Assembly (NCBI GenBank): GCA_951406725.2
Contig: OX597834.1
Location: 13,702,001 to 13,766,000, forward strand
DNA length: 64,000 nucleotides
Direction: 5' to 3'
From: Octopus vulgaris
Taxonomy: Eukaryota
Part shown: piece by piece, positions 43,753 through 58,351 of the stretch
Numbering within the stretch: position 1 is the first letter of the stretch
Layout: each line of letters starts with the position of its first letter
Translations under genes and position numbers: made by a program
Notes under the pieces: generated by a model
The model's database searches: none
The model's input: the letters and a program-made list of their open reading frames with translations, nothing else
Told to the model about the DNA's origin: nothing

Positions 43753-45180
43753 CTATCCGTTTTCTTTAGGGGACCAAAAACGTAACAGAAATTTAGTCAG
43801 ATGTGGGCATGATCCGAAAAGCTCTGTCCTTGTATTTAGACATGTGGTAGGGTCTAAGCTGCTTTTCCAGATAAGCCATCTCTCCATGTCGCATAAACCG
43901 CACCTTCCGCTGCCGTTAGTATAGGGCTTACATCTGGCCAAAATCTTCCATTGTATGTTATAATCGACACCTTTATCTCTTAAAGACCAAATATGATTGG
44001 ATAATTGTGTCGCTTTTCTTTTGTTCCAGTGCCTAAAGCTCAAAGTGTGGTTATTGAACCTGGCCTTGAAATTACCCTCTGTCAGGCCCACGTATTTCTT
44101 CGTCGAAACGGTGTCTTTAGTGGTTATAGAGTTTACGGTAGCTTCATATATGATGGTCTTGGACATGCAAGCTCCATTTAGCGGGCACAATTCTTTATTC
44201 CTGCATGAACAGCTGTTTTCTTCTTGTGTTTTTTGTATGTTATGATTGATTATGTTTTTAAAATTGGTAGTTGAACTAAAACTAATTTTTAAATTGTGTC
44301 TATTGAAGAGTTTCCTATAAGCATGGTTAACTGGAAAATGTCTATCTATCAGTGCTAGGAAATATTTACCTATATTGAAGGCCACCTCGGGTGAGTAAGG
44401 GGGCGTAAACCAGATGACCTTCCTATTTCTATTATTCCTTTTCCTTATTGTTGGGCTGGTGATAGGTGTATATTTTATTTTTTCGCTAAAACCACTATCT
44501 TTTAAAGCTTTATTATAAACTGGGGCAACGCTATTGAAGATGTCCTCATTAGATGAGAGGCTAGAAATCCTCTTACTAATATTTTTAACTAAATTTTTGA
44601 ATACTATAGGGGGATGGCATGAACCTACATTAATATAACTTAGTCTATCATTGGGCTTCCTATAAGGCTTATAAATATTATTATTAAGATCTAAGGAAAC
44701 GTCTAAGAAATTGACAACCGTTAGGTTAGTGTCTATAGTTATACTAAGTCCGAAGTGTTTCATTAACTGGATAATATCCTTCCTAAAACGATCTTGTGCT
44801 GGTCCATTTGTATTAGCTGTTAAGGCGAGGGCATCATCTTTGTAGATGGCGAAATGTACGTTAGGAAATGTCTTACTGAAGGTATCTAGGAGAAAGAGTC
44901 CAATTAGATCACAGATGCCTGCCCCATCATATGAACCCATGCTCACATCGAAAGCGCCCTCCGTGTCGGTGTTTTTTACCCACTTTGCATTCTCACTGAA
45001 AAGTAATGTCTTTCTAGCATGGAAGATTATATCCTTATCATTGGTACTAATTTCTATGAAGTCACTAGCGAAGATTAGGGCTTTATCTAGCAGTTCTTTA
45101 GAGATAGAGGCATAAAAATCAACAATATCGAATTGTGTAAACCTCGCTTTTTTCTTATTCTTAATAGCTTTAAACCAATG
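43753..45180 (-). CDS. 5'-truncated PLE reverse transcriptase plus GIY-YIG endonuclease (475 open codons)
   Basis: The frame stays open upstream of the tracked ORF to 45180. Motifs: FDIVDFY, SMGSYDGA, YKDD, FLDVSL, PYRKP, Cys linker CSC..CPL.G.C, IIYEA...YVGLT...R.NNH, and C-terminal CGLC/CPH. Confidence 0.92.
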   Translation of the reverse strand, partial: HWFKAIKNKKKARFTQFDIVDFYASISKELLDKALIFASDFIEISTNDKDIIFHARKTLLFSENAKWVKNTDTEGAFDVSMGSYDGAGICDLIGLFLLDTFSKTFPNVHFAIYKDDALALTANTNGPAQDRFRKDIIQLMKHFGLSITIDTNLTVVNFLDVSLDLNNNIYKPYRKPNDRLSYINVGSCHPPIVFKNLVKNISKRISSLSSNEDIFNSVAPVYNKALKDSGFSEKIKYTPITSPTIRKRNNRNRKVIWFTPPYSPEVAFNIGKYFLALIDRHFPVNHAYRKLFNRHNLKISFSSTTNFKNIINHNIQKTQEENSCSCRNKELCPLNGACMSKTIIYEATVNSITTKDTVSTKKYVGLTEGNFKARFNNHTLSFRHWNKRKATQLSNHIWSLRDKGVDYNIQWKILARCKPYTNGSGRCGLCDMERWLIWKSSLDPTTCLNTRTELFGSCPHLTKFLLRFWSPKENG

Positions 45181-46089
45181 ATAGGAAGCCCAATGATAGA
45201 CTAAGTTATATTAATGTAGGTTCATGCCATCCCCCTATAGTATTCAAAAATTTAGTTAAAAATATTAGTAAGAGGATTTCTAGCCTCTCATCTAATGAGG
45301 ACATCTTCAATAGCGTTGCCCCAGTTTATAATAAAGCTTTAAAAGATAGTGGTTTTAGCGAAAAAATAAAATATACACCTATCACCAGCCCAACAATAAG
45401 GAAAAGGAATAATAGAAATAGGAAGGTCATCTGGTTTACGCCCCTTACTCACCCGAGGTGGCCTTCAATATAGGTAAATATTTCCTAGCACTGATAGATA
45501 GACATTTTCCAGTTAACCATGCTTATAGGAAACTCTTCAATAGACACAATTTAAAAATTAGTTTTAGTTCAACTACCAATTTTAAAAACATAATCAATCA
45601 TAACATACAAAAAACACAAGAAGAAAACAGCTGTTCATGCAGGAATAAAGAATTGTGCCCGCTAAATGGAGCTTGCATGTCCAAGACCATCATATATGAA
45701 GCTACCGTAAACTCTATAACCACTAAAGACACCGTTTCGACGAAGAAATACGTGGGCCTGACAGAGGGTAATTTCAAGGCCAGGTTCAATAACCACACTT
45801 TGAGCTTTAGGCACTGGAACAAAAGAAAAGCGACACAATTATCCAATCATATTTGGTCTTTAAGAGATAAAGGTGTCGATTATAACATACAATGGAAGAT
45901 TTTGGCCAGATGTAAGCCCTATACTAACGGCAGCGGAAGGTGCGGTTTATGCGACATGGAGAGATGGCTTATCTGGAAAAGCAGCTAGACCCTACCACAT
46001 GTCTAAATACAAGGACAGAGCTTTTCGGATCATGCCCACATCTGACTAAATTTCTGTTACGTTTTTGGTCCCCTAAAGAAAACGGATAG
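45181..46089 (+). pseudogene. Inverted copy of the PLE thumb and GIY-YIG region with two 1-bp deletions
   Basis: Protein identical to the minus-strand ORF over 45458-45988. Deletions near 45441 (cccc versus ccccc) and 45986 (gctag versus gcttag). Confidence 0.88.
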
Positions 46090-46282
46090 AACATGCTTTC
46101 TGTGTTATGTCCCAAGAAGATTTTATATATTTTTATATATTTTTATATATTTTTATGTATTTTTATATAATTTTTATGACGAAAAATGCGAGCGATGTAT
46201 AAGTACGCAGGCAAAGCAGAGTTATAACAGAGTAATTTCCCTTCATTTTTAACGGTATTTTTCATAACGTTTTCAAATAGCC

Positions 46283-46345
46283 AGATAACCGAAGAGATGG
46301 TGTTGTGGATTTCCACTTCGGCATCTGAAACTCAGAGTTTTATCT
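46283..46345 (+). ncRNA. HHR-like motif in the PLE 3' region (CCGA core); mirror copy at 43496-43558 (-)
   Basis: Helix I agataa/ttatct; CCGAAGA; helix II gatg...catc; extra U; GAA; helix III actc-a-gagt; GUU triplet. Confidence 0.65.
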
Positions 46346-46374
46346 TGACTACCGAGTAATGTAACATATTGTAT

Positions 46375-46857
<483 letters not shown>

Positions 46858-47079
46858 TATACAGTTAAACAAAATCCAAATAAATGTTCAATATAACTTG
46901 TAGTACTAAGAACTTCATTTCCGAAGCGGGCAAATCTAAATTACTTTGCAATTCGCAGTGTTCTTTATGATATCAGAGCCGCGCAGAAATTAGTAACAGA
47001 AGTTTCTGTCAGAATGAGTAAGTGCTAGTGCCGGACGCAAAAGTCAACATTATTATTAGCACCAGTAACAAGATCAATA

Positions 47080-47410
47080 ACTGCTTACCGCTTTGAGCAA
47101 CTACACCGAAGAAGTACCAATGAATCCTGCCGGAATTAATGAAGCGTTTGCTGCTGCCGTTGGGTGTTCGTGTATAGAGATGATGCACAATGTGACTCCA
47201 GCAACAGGGAAAGAATATAAACGGTAAGTGAATAGAAGTGTTATCAACCTGGAGGAGAATATGTCAAACAAAAAGTATGGGAACATATACAGTATCACTT
47301 TATGACACGGATTTCTTCCCCAGCAAAATCAAGTTCTGTAATACATTCAACAATGGAAGCAGATGAAGCAATCATTTATGGCTACGATCTTCGAGCCTAG
47401 AGCAAAACAA
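47080..47410 (+). pseudogene. Possible very degraded mariner transposase
   Basis: MHNVTPA resembles VPHxLT and ADEAIIYGYD resembles GDETWIYGYD. No TIRs seen. Confidence 0.35.
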
Positions 47411-47594
47411 ATACCTTACGAGATTTACATAGCATTACGTTCAGTAATAGAATCAACGTATGAAGACAACAGGTAACACTATAAGCACAAGTGTTAATAC
47501 AGGTAAACATGTGAAGAGAAAGCAGTCGCACACAATGAAATGTAAAAGAAGGCGATCGTATGTAACTAAATGTAGGTCAATATTACAATCTTAG

Positions 47595-47745
47595 GTGGAG
47601 GCGCAATGGCCCAGTGGTTAGGGCAGCAGACTCGCGGTCGGGGTATCGTGGTTTCGATTCCCGGACCGGGTGTTGTGTGTGTTTATTGAGCGAAAACACT
47701 TAAAAGCTCCACAAGGCTCCGGCAGGGGGTGGTGGTGACCCCTGG
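47595..47745 (+). mobile_element. SINE family A, 5' portion only
   Basis: gtggaggcgcaatggcccagtggttagggcagc...ggtggtgaccc. Confidence 0.88.
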
Positions 47746-50362
47746 GGAAGGAGGTTCAAGAATGACATTTTCAATATGAAGGAAGAAGAAGAGGGGGAAG
47801 AGGAGGGGTAGAAAGAGGAGAGGGAGAAATAAAAACTAGTTAAACGATTAGTGCCATTTTAAAATGTCTCAGGCCATGTTCCCGTAATAGAGAGAAGGGT
47901 TTATCTTGAAAACTTGAAGCGCGGTTAAACCATGTTTCATGCAATATTATATAATAAAGTCGATTTCTTGAAATTTTCATCAAGTTAATGTCGCGTCTTT
48001 GAAAATGTCAAAGTTATCTACCTTGTCTTAATGGATAAAACATTATTCATATCAATTTCGTGAAATTCGTGGCATACATGTAAATTATTTCAAAGTCAGT
48101 CGTTCATGCGGGCCGTCTTGAAACTGCTAAGATCTAGAATTTATTTTGTGTACGGGCTAACAATAAAAGTTCTCAAAGAGTTGTGATTGATCTTAATAAA
48201 TTGGTGCATCTAACTGATTCCTTGGAAAACATTATGACATCATATTAGGATAAATATGAAGATTTCGAACCAGATGCTAGGATCATTTGTGGAGACAAGC
48301 GATAAAATTAAGATAGAGAATCTAGAAACATCCTCGGAAGAAGTTGTCATTTCTGCACGAGAAGGAATTAAATGCAGGGATTTCCATGCTATTTTCAATA
48401 AATTCTTTGTCACCTTCCAAAGCCCAGGATAACTTATCGATCAGGGTATGGCACATTCGAAGTCACTACCAGCTCGAGAGAGGCCTTCATTAACTTGGAA
48501 CCGATGGGTAATTATCAAAAAATCAAAATGACAGATACAAACTACATACTCAATACGTTTTGGATGCCGCAATTAGTGTTACAAATATGATAGCATCTGA
48601 AGAAATCAGTCAAACATTTTCAGATAGTACCTGTAGAATGAACATATTTTTCCTTTCTAGTGGTGTACCATTATGCATTAAGTTGGTAAACTTCGCTGTA
48701 CTTATTATAGATAAAATCCGATGTATTGATGATGCATTTCAAATTAATGGGCTAATTAGTGTAATTTTTCATGGATTTTAATTCGGTACATTAGGAGTCC
48801 ACCGAACTTGAAGTGCTCCGTGCGCCCAAGTTATAAATCTTACACTATGTGAGTGCATGTGTGTGTAAGTACGTAAATGTGGACGTGCGTGTCTATAACC
48901 TTTATTTATAACTATTTATACTTAAATGTACGGTTGAATATTTTACTTTTCACCACCTAACGTAGTCTCGTTTTTACATTTGTTTAGTATAAGTAGAAAG
49001 CGATTTGTCTTGGTTAACTTGAAATTCTTCTGATATCTAATATAATATTTCAGCGTAATATTTCCTTATACGACGTTGGTTTCTCAGCAAATTACTTCTC
49101 ACTTCAAATAATGGAACGTTGAACGAACTTCCGTTGACGCCTAATTTAATATTTGTATCAATGTATGTTAATCACCTCTTGTTCTCGACTAAGGGTACGT
49201 AATTATGACGCAGACATATAAAGAAATATTACCTGTCCGTCAGTAAGTAATGAACAAAAATAGATAGAGAGAAAAGATAGAGAGACGAATTGAAAGAATG
49301 TTAATATTTTCATTAAGCTTAAGATTCTTTATTTGCACTACAGAAGGTAAGAGACATTCAAGAAAAAGACTTTCCCCAATTTCCTCTTGTCTATAAATGA
49401 AAACATGTATTTTATACTGTGTTAATATGCATAATTTATCTTCATTAGTACGATTCATTATACAGGTATATATCTCTTTCATCTTATATCATAGTTAATA
49501 TTATTATAAATGTCGTAATTCCTGTTATTTTACTTGGTATCCTCATCAGAGTTACACGTATTAAATATATCATTGTTCGAATGAAGACTGTTGTATTTTC
49601 CTAGCCCTGTTCAGATCCGATCCTGCATTGTTATGATAAACCCGTTCATTCAAAAGTAATATACAAATCATTTTCTAAACTTAGGACAGTGTTACGTATT
49701 TTATTCCTTGTTGTTTTTGTATTTCTTCCGAATAAAAGTTATGATAAGAACATACTTTTCACATTTCTAGCATGGTAGTAACCGGATTAATTTTGGTGAT
49801 AATACGGTTTTCATTCGGTTTTCTCATTTCAGAAATCAAACCTCAGTTAAAAGGGATTTTGTTTATGAATATCCAGTATTTTTTTTCAGATTGTAATGTT
49901 GTAGGACTGCACTATTTAAACCCTTTAACGAAGGAAAATGTCGAGCGTGCAGAAGCACGTTGACAGCGAATGGAATGAAAATGCCAGCTTCAACCAGATA
50001 TCAAATGAGCCAGTTGTATGTTTTAGCATCAAAGTCAAAGGTTTACAAACGGGACAGGAATTGTATATCACATGAGAAAATACAACTGAATCCCATTATA
50101 CAGGTAAACCGTTGCTTAATCTAAATCCTGTGAATATGTAGATTTATGTTGCATTGAAACATGTGTAGAGTTTATGAAATAGCTTGAAAAGGCTCTCTCT
50201 TCGTACTCCTTCTTATTCACTATATTTTATTCAATTTTACTCTCTCACCCAAAGAATGACTAAACCTATACTTGAAACTATAACGTAACACAACAAGATA
50301 CTTGGTAATTCTAACGTTGAATGAGCTCTATTTTCTACATTACTACGTTCATAACGGGATGC

Positions 50363-50413
<51 letters not shown>

Positions 50414-50415
<2 letters not shown>

Positions 50416-50573
50416 GACAGGTTTCTTTCAGGTTCCGACAATGAAATTCACTCACAAGCCTTTGGTCGATCCGCGGCTACAGTAGAAAATATTTGCCTAA
50501 ACCCAATGCTGTAGGACTGAACCACGAATCGCGTGGTTGGGAAGTTAGTTTGATACCACGCAGCCACGCCTGC
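50414..50573 (-). mobile_element. SINE family B 5' half, degenerate
   Basis: acgacaggtttctttcag...cactcacaagcctttggtcg...accacgcagccacgcctgc. Confidence 0.75.
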
Positions 50574-51958
50574 AATAAATTTAAACATGACATTCAAGAC
50601 ATTTAATTTGAACGTATCTAAAAATATAACTCTCTGTTCAATATTAAAAGAGAAGGATTACGACCGATAAATTTGTTTCGTTTCAATTGTATTTTTTTGC
50701 TCTCTGGAATTAGGACCGGTTTTGAAGTAAAAAGCATACGCATAAACAGAGTTATTTTCAAACTAAATTTATTAAGGGTATACAAAGGCATTACAAATTA
50801 TACCACGTGCGATTCGAAGTCACGAAGATCGCGATGTTTCATTGACCTTTTTTTATGAAAAACCGGAAAACTTGGAGCTTTATATAACTTGTGTATTGTT
50901 CGGATACTCTCCACAAAAATGTGACCTTAAAGTAAATCTCATTTCACAATCAACGTAAAACTATAGCGCAGGGGTTAAACCTTTGAATGACAAGAACAAT
51001 TAATCTAATATGATTGTGTAGTGTATCCGTGAACACAAAAGTCGTTCACGAGGTTAGCACTGTCTCGGACAGTGGACAACCCAATATAATATTCTGAACA
51101 ACCCAATATAATATAATCAACTGAAATAGTACCTGTACTGATTGTCACCGTTTATAATGTTATCGACAATAACTTTCAAAATAAACAAACACTATAAATT
51201 CCTTGCTACATTTCAAGTTCTTTGTATTTATTCGGTTAAAAAGAATATCGCGTTTCGCAAAAAATCAGAATTAGGTATTATACGAAGCATATGAGATGTG
51301 TATGTTTCAATACTCCTACTAAATGGATGTAAAATTGAGATCAAATATTTAACTAACTTGTAATGCAAAACTGCGATTTGTAGTTTACATAAACAGTCAA
51401 TAAAATGTTGCAGTTTGTAAATATTCATTTTTTTTGCTTATTATTCCAGCAATCCCACTCAGTGATATTTTGATAAATACCATGGTAAATATGGCAGAAA
51501 AAGAAATAAGAAAAATTAGAATCTAAATATGCTGGTTACGAAACAAGTACTGTTTACATTAAATGATTAGATAACTACGCTGCAATTTGGTTTCTTCCAT
51601 ATTCAATATATTCGGTATATGTTTTTCTAGTCATAAGTGTTATTTTTTCCTCTTTTTATGCATACCTGGAAATCACACTCAGGTACGTACGACCACAAAC
51701 GCAGATACGTATTCATACGTTAGCATGAAACGAGTGGAATATAGATATACTAATATTTATATTGCCGTGTATGTAAATATATGTGCTTGTGTATGAGAGG
51801 GACACGTGATTGAATATACAAAACTAATAAGCGCTCACATTAGATACGCACACACATGCACACAGCGTGCATCAACGTGACTGTTTCCCTAATCGTATAT
51901 TTTAATGACGCTCTCCTTATCTTACATGTAACTCATTGCCTACATACACATACATACA

Positions 51959-52019
<61 letters not shown>

Positions 52020-52116
52020 GTATTTACATATGTGTGTGTATGTATGAACATATATATATGTATGTGCTTATCCATCGCTCTCACAATTTCCTTACTCACT
52101 TACTCTCAGTATCTCC

Positions 52117-52172
<56 letters not shown>

Positions 52173-52237
52173 GTATATATATATATATAAATGTATATAT
52201 ATATATATGTATATACATACATACATATATATACATA

Positions 52238-52293
<56 letters not shown>

Positions 52294-53073
52294 ACGAACG
52301 TGCATTTGCATATAACATGTGTGCATGTGTTTGCGTAATTATCTATGTGTATTATATACCTATACTGCAGCATGCAAACAGATGCACATGTGTGGGTATT
52401 TTTTTCCGCGTTGCATAACACTACGCAAATGTTATGCACCAACCAATTGCAATCCATACTGCAGTCAGTCATGTATGAAATATTCCTAGGAAACAAACAA
52501 AACAACGAAACGAAATACCAAAATAATTACGTACAAAAATAACGTTGTGCATGGCAACGCTGTTTTCTGCTTCATATAAGACATATCTAGATTGCTCTGC
52601 AACGTAATCCGAAGCCAATCCTATTGCCATCAGGTGAACCCAAGTCGAAATATGTTTGACAATGGTTTCGCTCCTCTAATGCGAAGATTCATCCCGGTTA
52701 ATATTATGTTGTTTGTTGTTTTGTGGTTTGTTTTTTTTCTTTTAATATTTGTTTTTCAAAAAGTTCAGCTAGTATTGCTTTATTGATTGTGTTGTACGTA
52801 TTGATTCAATGGTTTAGTTATGTGTATTTTTTGTTGGATTTTTCTTTGTCTGTAATTTTTATCGTCAAATTCGATATTGTACACAAAAATAAAAGAAAAA
52901 CGCAAATTTATATACATGCAGATCACATCCACCCACATGATTCCATATAGGCCATATACATACCAAATATGTCTGAATACAGAATATGAGTATATAAATG
53001 AAAATTAAACGCACATTCACTCACACATACACATGCACGTATATATATATATGTATATCAATATATATCTATA

Positions 53074-53118
<45 letters not shown>

Positions 53119-53276
53119 ATAGATAGATAGATAGTAACATAGATAAATCAATAAACAAAAATATGTCCATACACATATATATATTTCTAAAACAGTAAAT
53201 TCCAAAATATCTACATATATGATACATATATGAAGAATATCATGTATAAAAGTGTATATGCATGATCAGTTTATGG

Positions 53277-53309
<33 letters not shown>

Positions 53310-53335
53310 TGTATGTATGTATGTATGTATGTATG

Positions 53336-53383
<48 letters not shown>

Positions 53384-53583
53384 TTTATTATACATAAATA
53401 AAATTATATATACATTTATATATATATATAACTATATATATACATATATTTATATTTACATACATATTAGATGTCCACTTCAGCTTTCATTCCTCTTTAT
53501 TTTGTATGTAATACAATTTTTTATCTTTTTTTAAAATATGCTAAACCTCTCGTTTTATTTGATTAATATTATTCTCCCCTTAT

Positions 53584-53648
<65 letters not shown>

Positions 53649-53690
53649 AAATGTATATACATATATCTACATATATGCATATATATATAT

Positions 53691-53917
53691 AGGCGGCGAG
53701 CTGGTAGAAACGTTAGCACGCCGGGCGAAATTCGTAGCCGTATTTCGTCTGTCGTTACGTTCCGAGTTCAAATTCCGCCGAGGTCGACTTTGCCTTTCAT
53801 CCTTTAGGGGTCGATAAATTAAGTACCAGTTACGCACTGGGGTCGATGTAGCCGACTTAATCCCTTTGTCTGTCCTTGTTTGTCCCCTCTGTGTTTAGCC
53901 CCTTGTGGGTAGTAAAG

Positions 53918-53920
<3 letters not shown>
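53691..53920 (+). mobile_element. SINE family C monomer in (TA)n
   Basis: tRNA-like head plus family C core; near-identical to 58352-58581. Confidence 0.92.
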
Positions 53921-53954
<34 letters not shown>

Positions 53955-54006
53955 TGTGTATATATATATATGTGTGTATATGTATATGTATATAAATGTA
54001 TATGTA

Positions 54007-55273
54007 CGAGGGGCGTTCAATAAGTAATGCCCCTGACCTACTTCCCATAGCAGTAGAGCAACGAAACATAGCACAGTTATTAGTCTTTTTCTATATAGGA
54101 ACCACCCAGAGTTACGCATTTCTCTCATCGTGTGATGCAGCTTTGGAGACCGTTTTTGTAGAAGACCCCAGCTTGGTCCTCCAACCACGACGTGACTTCA
54201 GAAATCAAGGCTGCATCATTTGGAAAACACTTTCCTTTCAAAAACAACTTCATGGCTGGGAAGAGGTGAAAATCAGAGGGTGCAAGGTCAGGAGAGTAGG
54301 GGGGTGGGGGAGGAGTCCATAGCCTGTGCTTCTGATCTGGCGACAGTTAGTTGTGGACCGGAGCGTTGTCCTGCAGGAGGAGGATGCCTTTTCTGATATT
54401 GTCCCGCCTCTTGATTTTGATAGCTTCTCTTAATTTCCTCAAAAGTGAAGCATAATAGGCTCCTATAATTGTGGTACCCTTTGCCAGGAAATCTATCATC
54501 ACTACTCCGTCCTGGTCCCAGAAGACTGTGAGCATGACCTTGCCAGCGGAGCGCTGCACCCTTGCCTTGTCACGGTGCTTCCACTGCATTGACTGGGCTT
54601 TGGTCTCTGGATCATAGTGATGGACCCAGGTTTCATCCTGTGTAATCAGACCTTTGAAAAAAATTGACTCATCTTCTTGGCATATCTCCAAATTCATCCT
54701 CGAGCACTCGACGCGTTCTTGCTTCTGGAAAGATGTGAGCAACCTGGGAATCCATCTGGCAGACACCTTTTGCATATGCAAATTGTCATGAATGATAGTT
54801 TCCACGGACCCGGTACTAATCTTGACCTCATGGGCTATTTGGCGAATAGTTATGCGTCGATCTTCCAAAATGGCAGCCTCAACTTGACGGACAGATGCCT
54901 CATCAATGGAAGAAGGGGCGACCAGATCTGGGAGCTGTTTCCACAGAGTTCCGACCATGTTTGAATTCATGATGCCAGCGTTTTACAAGGTCATATGATG
55001 GGGCATCATCACCATAAGTTACTTTCATTTCATCAAAAGTCTCCCGTGGTGTGCGTCCTTTCAAATATAAAAACCGGATCACTGCTCGACACTCAACAGG
55101 CTCCATTTCACACTTGACTCAGTTAAAACACCTGTAAATCCGAAACCACAATTAGTTCAGAGCTGTAATTTGCCACTTAATCTATAGAGATATAAGTAAT
55201 TGCACATGCAAAATTTCATCTTGATCAAACAAATGCAAGTGTGTCAGAGACATTACTTATTGAACGTCCCTCG
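54007..55273 (-). mobile_element. Mariner DNA transposon, near full length with frameshifted transposase
   Basis: TIRs cgaggggcgttcaataagtaatg / cattacttattgaacgtccctcg flanked by TA. Transposase from 55106 (MEPVECRAVIRFL..HTH) with WIPRLL, TQDETW, LQDNAPVH and a downstream YSPDLAPSDFHLF motif. Confidence 0.93.
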
Positions 55274-55368
55274 TATATATAGATTTATGTATGTGTGTAC
55301 TTATGTTTGTTTGTGTTGGAGTATGTGATGTTGTGTGTGTGTGTGTGTGTGTGTACGTGTGTACACAA

Positions 55369-55433
55369 CAAATTTTCAACTAGATCAAACAATTGCAAGT
55401 AGGTCAGAGACATTACTTATTGAACGTCCCTCG
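55369..55433 (-). mobile_element. Extra copy of the mariner 5' terminus
   Basis: Diverged duplicate of about 55209-55273 including the TIR, followed by TA. Confidence 0.85.
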
Positions 55434-55704
55434 TATGCTTGCAATAAACTGTGGTAAAAGAAACGCTCTATCGTTAGTACAGTATAAATTTCTTCTGTGA
55501 TTCTATTGAATATATAGGCAGGTACACATGCGTCCTGCGTTTTTATTAAATTGATAAACCGCTCAGAAATTACGCATGGACCTTTCAGTTCACGTTTATA
55601 TATCTGTGTTTAAATCTCTCCCTTTAAAACTAACGGTTTATACGCATGAAGCTATCACAGAATGTCATAAATTCAAACACCCTTCACTTTCGAACTACAA
55701 ATTT

Positions 55705-55875
55705 CCTTGTATTGTCTTGTATTGATATTCACCCACAAGGGCTTAAGCCGGCTCCGATTCAGTCCGCCGCGTCAGGTGTCACACTGTCCATGCACGTCTG
55801 TCAGCGACGTATTCTGCAGTGTATCGGAGTCATTCCCAGTTTCTGCGACGAACGCCAATGACTCGTGGATCTTCA
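55705..55875 (-). mobile_element. Possible LINE (RTE-like) 3' relic
   Basis: GC-richer segment; the minus strand gives ADRRAW and ends in a short caata/caaga repeat. Confidence 0.3.
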
Positions 55876-55954
55876 GCTGATACATCTCTGCTTACACCAA
55901 CCCCGCGGGGAGAGAAATTGGAGCTATCGACTTCCGGTTTAGTTCGTCATGGGA

Positions 55955-56103
55955 ATACCTATTTCTTTACTACCCACAGGGGGGGCTAAGCACAGAGGGG
56001 ACAAACAAGGACAGACAAACGGATTAAGTCGATTACATCGACCCCAGTGCGTAACTGGTACTTAATTTATCGATCCCGAAGGATGAAGGGCAAAGTCGAC
56101 CTC
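55955..56103 (-). mobile_element. SINE family C, partial
   Basis: Reverse complement of the family C core and tail. Confidence 0.85.
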
Positions 56104-56691
56104 ATAATGATGATGATATTATTAAGGAAACATGGCAGATGAGGGCGTTTTGGCGCCATTCGAAGGGAAGTCCGGTATTGTATAGATGGTTAGAAACTTC
56201 CAGTAGAATATGAAATTATTCCCGCTAGAGCAGTGATCTACGAACTGATATGCAAACTAGATATTTGCTTGGTAATTTGAATATTTCAGTGATGCAATAT
56301 AATAACTATAGTCGTGTTCTGTGAAAGGGAACCATAGAAGACGACTATTATTCCTACAACACTTCTGAAAGAATACATCTTCCATTGTGTTCGTTAGAGA
56401 ATCGAATATACTTTCTGATGTTTCAAAGCCGTTCCAAAAATAAAGATAATCAAATTTTAATGATATTCGTCAATATTGTAAATGTTGTCTCAATTACAAA
56501 CAATGAAATCCATCAGAGTTTGTATACATATCTAATCCTTTTTTTTTTCTTTAATTCTAAATATTGTTTCACTCCCATTCAGGTAATTTCCTGTGATGAC
56601 AACACAAGATGATATATAATTGTTTGCAATATTTCATTTCATCTCTGACAATAGCCGTATTAATATTCCTATGAATATGACTAGTTTCTAC

Positions 56692-57130
<439 letters not shown>

Positions 57131-58351
57131 TCTGTTCCATTTAAGGATGTTCTCTACTGATCAGGTTCATGCGATAGACAAATGATCATCCAGCTGAATG
57201 AATCTAACATGATTAGAACTGAATATACCTACCCTATGTTATAAAATTATATTCACTTACCTACATATATTCCTAATAATGGCACCATGTGCAAAACAGC
57301 ATGCAGAAAACGTTTGTCTCACTCATACACAATTATATATATACAAAGGCGTATATATATTTACTGCTCCCATTTCATAATTATGCATTTCTGATGTAGC
57401 TATTTTTCCTGAACATTATTTATTTATCAAGTTATTCTAAAACCTCGTTTCACGCAATGCTCAGCTCACATCCTTGCTCTTCCTAATGATCTTCCACTTG
57501 CTCCCTCGCAATCGCTCACTCGCTTCCTTTACATTCTAAGCCTACGTACACGTTCCATAAAAGTCCCTCTCGACAATTTATTCCTCCTTACTCTTTAATC
57601 GCAGGAATCATTGGCCTCGATCCATTAATAACCAGAAAATATACACAGAAAGGCTCCGATAATTGCATTTCCGATCGCCATGCTGTTTTCGAAGTCGAGA
57701 TGTATCTATATCCATGTTGTGTTATCATTGATATTTTATATATATTTTGTATTATTTTCTATTGATATATTATTGAATTAGTCCATGCTATATTTCCTTC
57801 TCATGTCTTCAATCTGTACCATATTTACGAATACCTTAAGGTCATTTGTAAAACGTCCATTGCCACATAGCGTTAGACCATTTTGTCTTTAAAGTGATCG
57901 GAATTGTTCAAAGTGCTAATGATGCTTATTTAATGTTGTTGTTGAATAATACATGAGATGGCTAAAAGAATGAATGAAAGTATCTACAGGTATATAAAAC
58001 TCTGTGTGTGTGTGTGTGCGTGTGTGTGTGAGTGTTTATAAGCGTGCATATACACGTGTTTATATACGTGCATATGTGTAAAATGAACATATAAGTCCGG
58101 ATATATATATATATACATATATATATAAATATATACATATAAGTATATATATATATACATATGTACATATATGTGAATATGTATATATATATGTACATAT
58201 GTATATATATATATATGCGTGTGTGTGTATATATACATATATTCTATATATATGTATATATATATATTTATATATATATATATATATATACATACATATA
58301 TGTGTATATATATACACATATATATATACACTCATATATATATATATATAA

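Larger units (their letters stand above)
43398..46379. mobile_element. Penelope-like retroelement insertion with inverted duplication
   Basis: Arms 43462-44663 and 45181-46379 are near-perfect reverse complements around a 517-bp spacer. (TA)n on both sides. Confidence 0.95.

Noticed and set aside
47085-47228. Open frame ending at a gtaagt donor
   Set aside because: No convincing acceptor and an in-frame stop just upstream; better explained as a mariner relic.
47860-48800. Coding-like stretch broken by many stops
   Set aside because: No recognisable domain motif; needs tBLASTn.
52543-52559. RFX X-box-like palindrome cgttgtgcatggcaacg
   Set aside because: A single imperfect motif with no promoter context.
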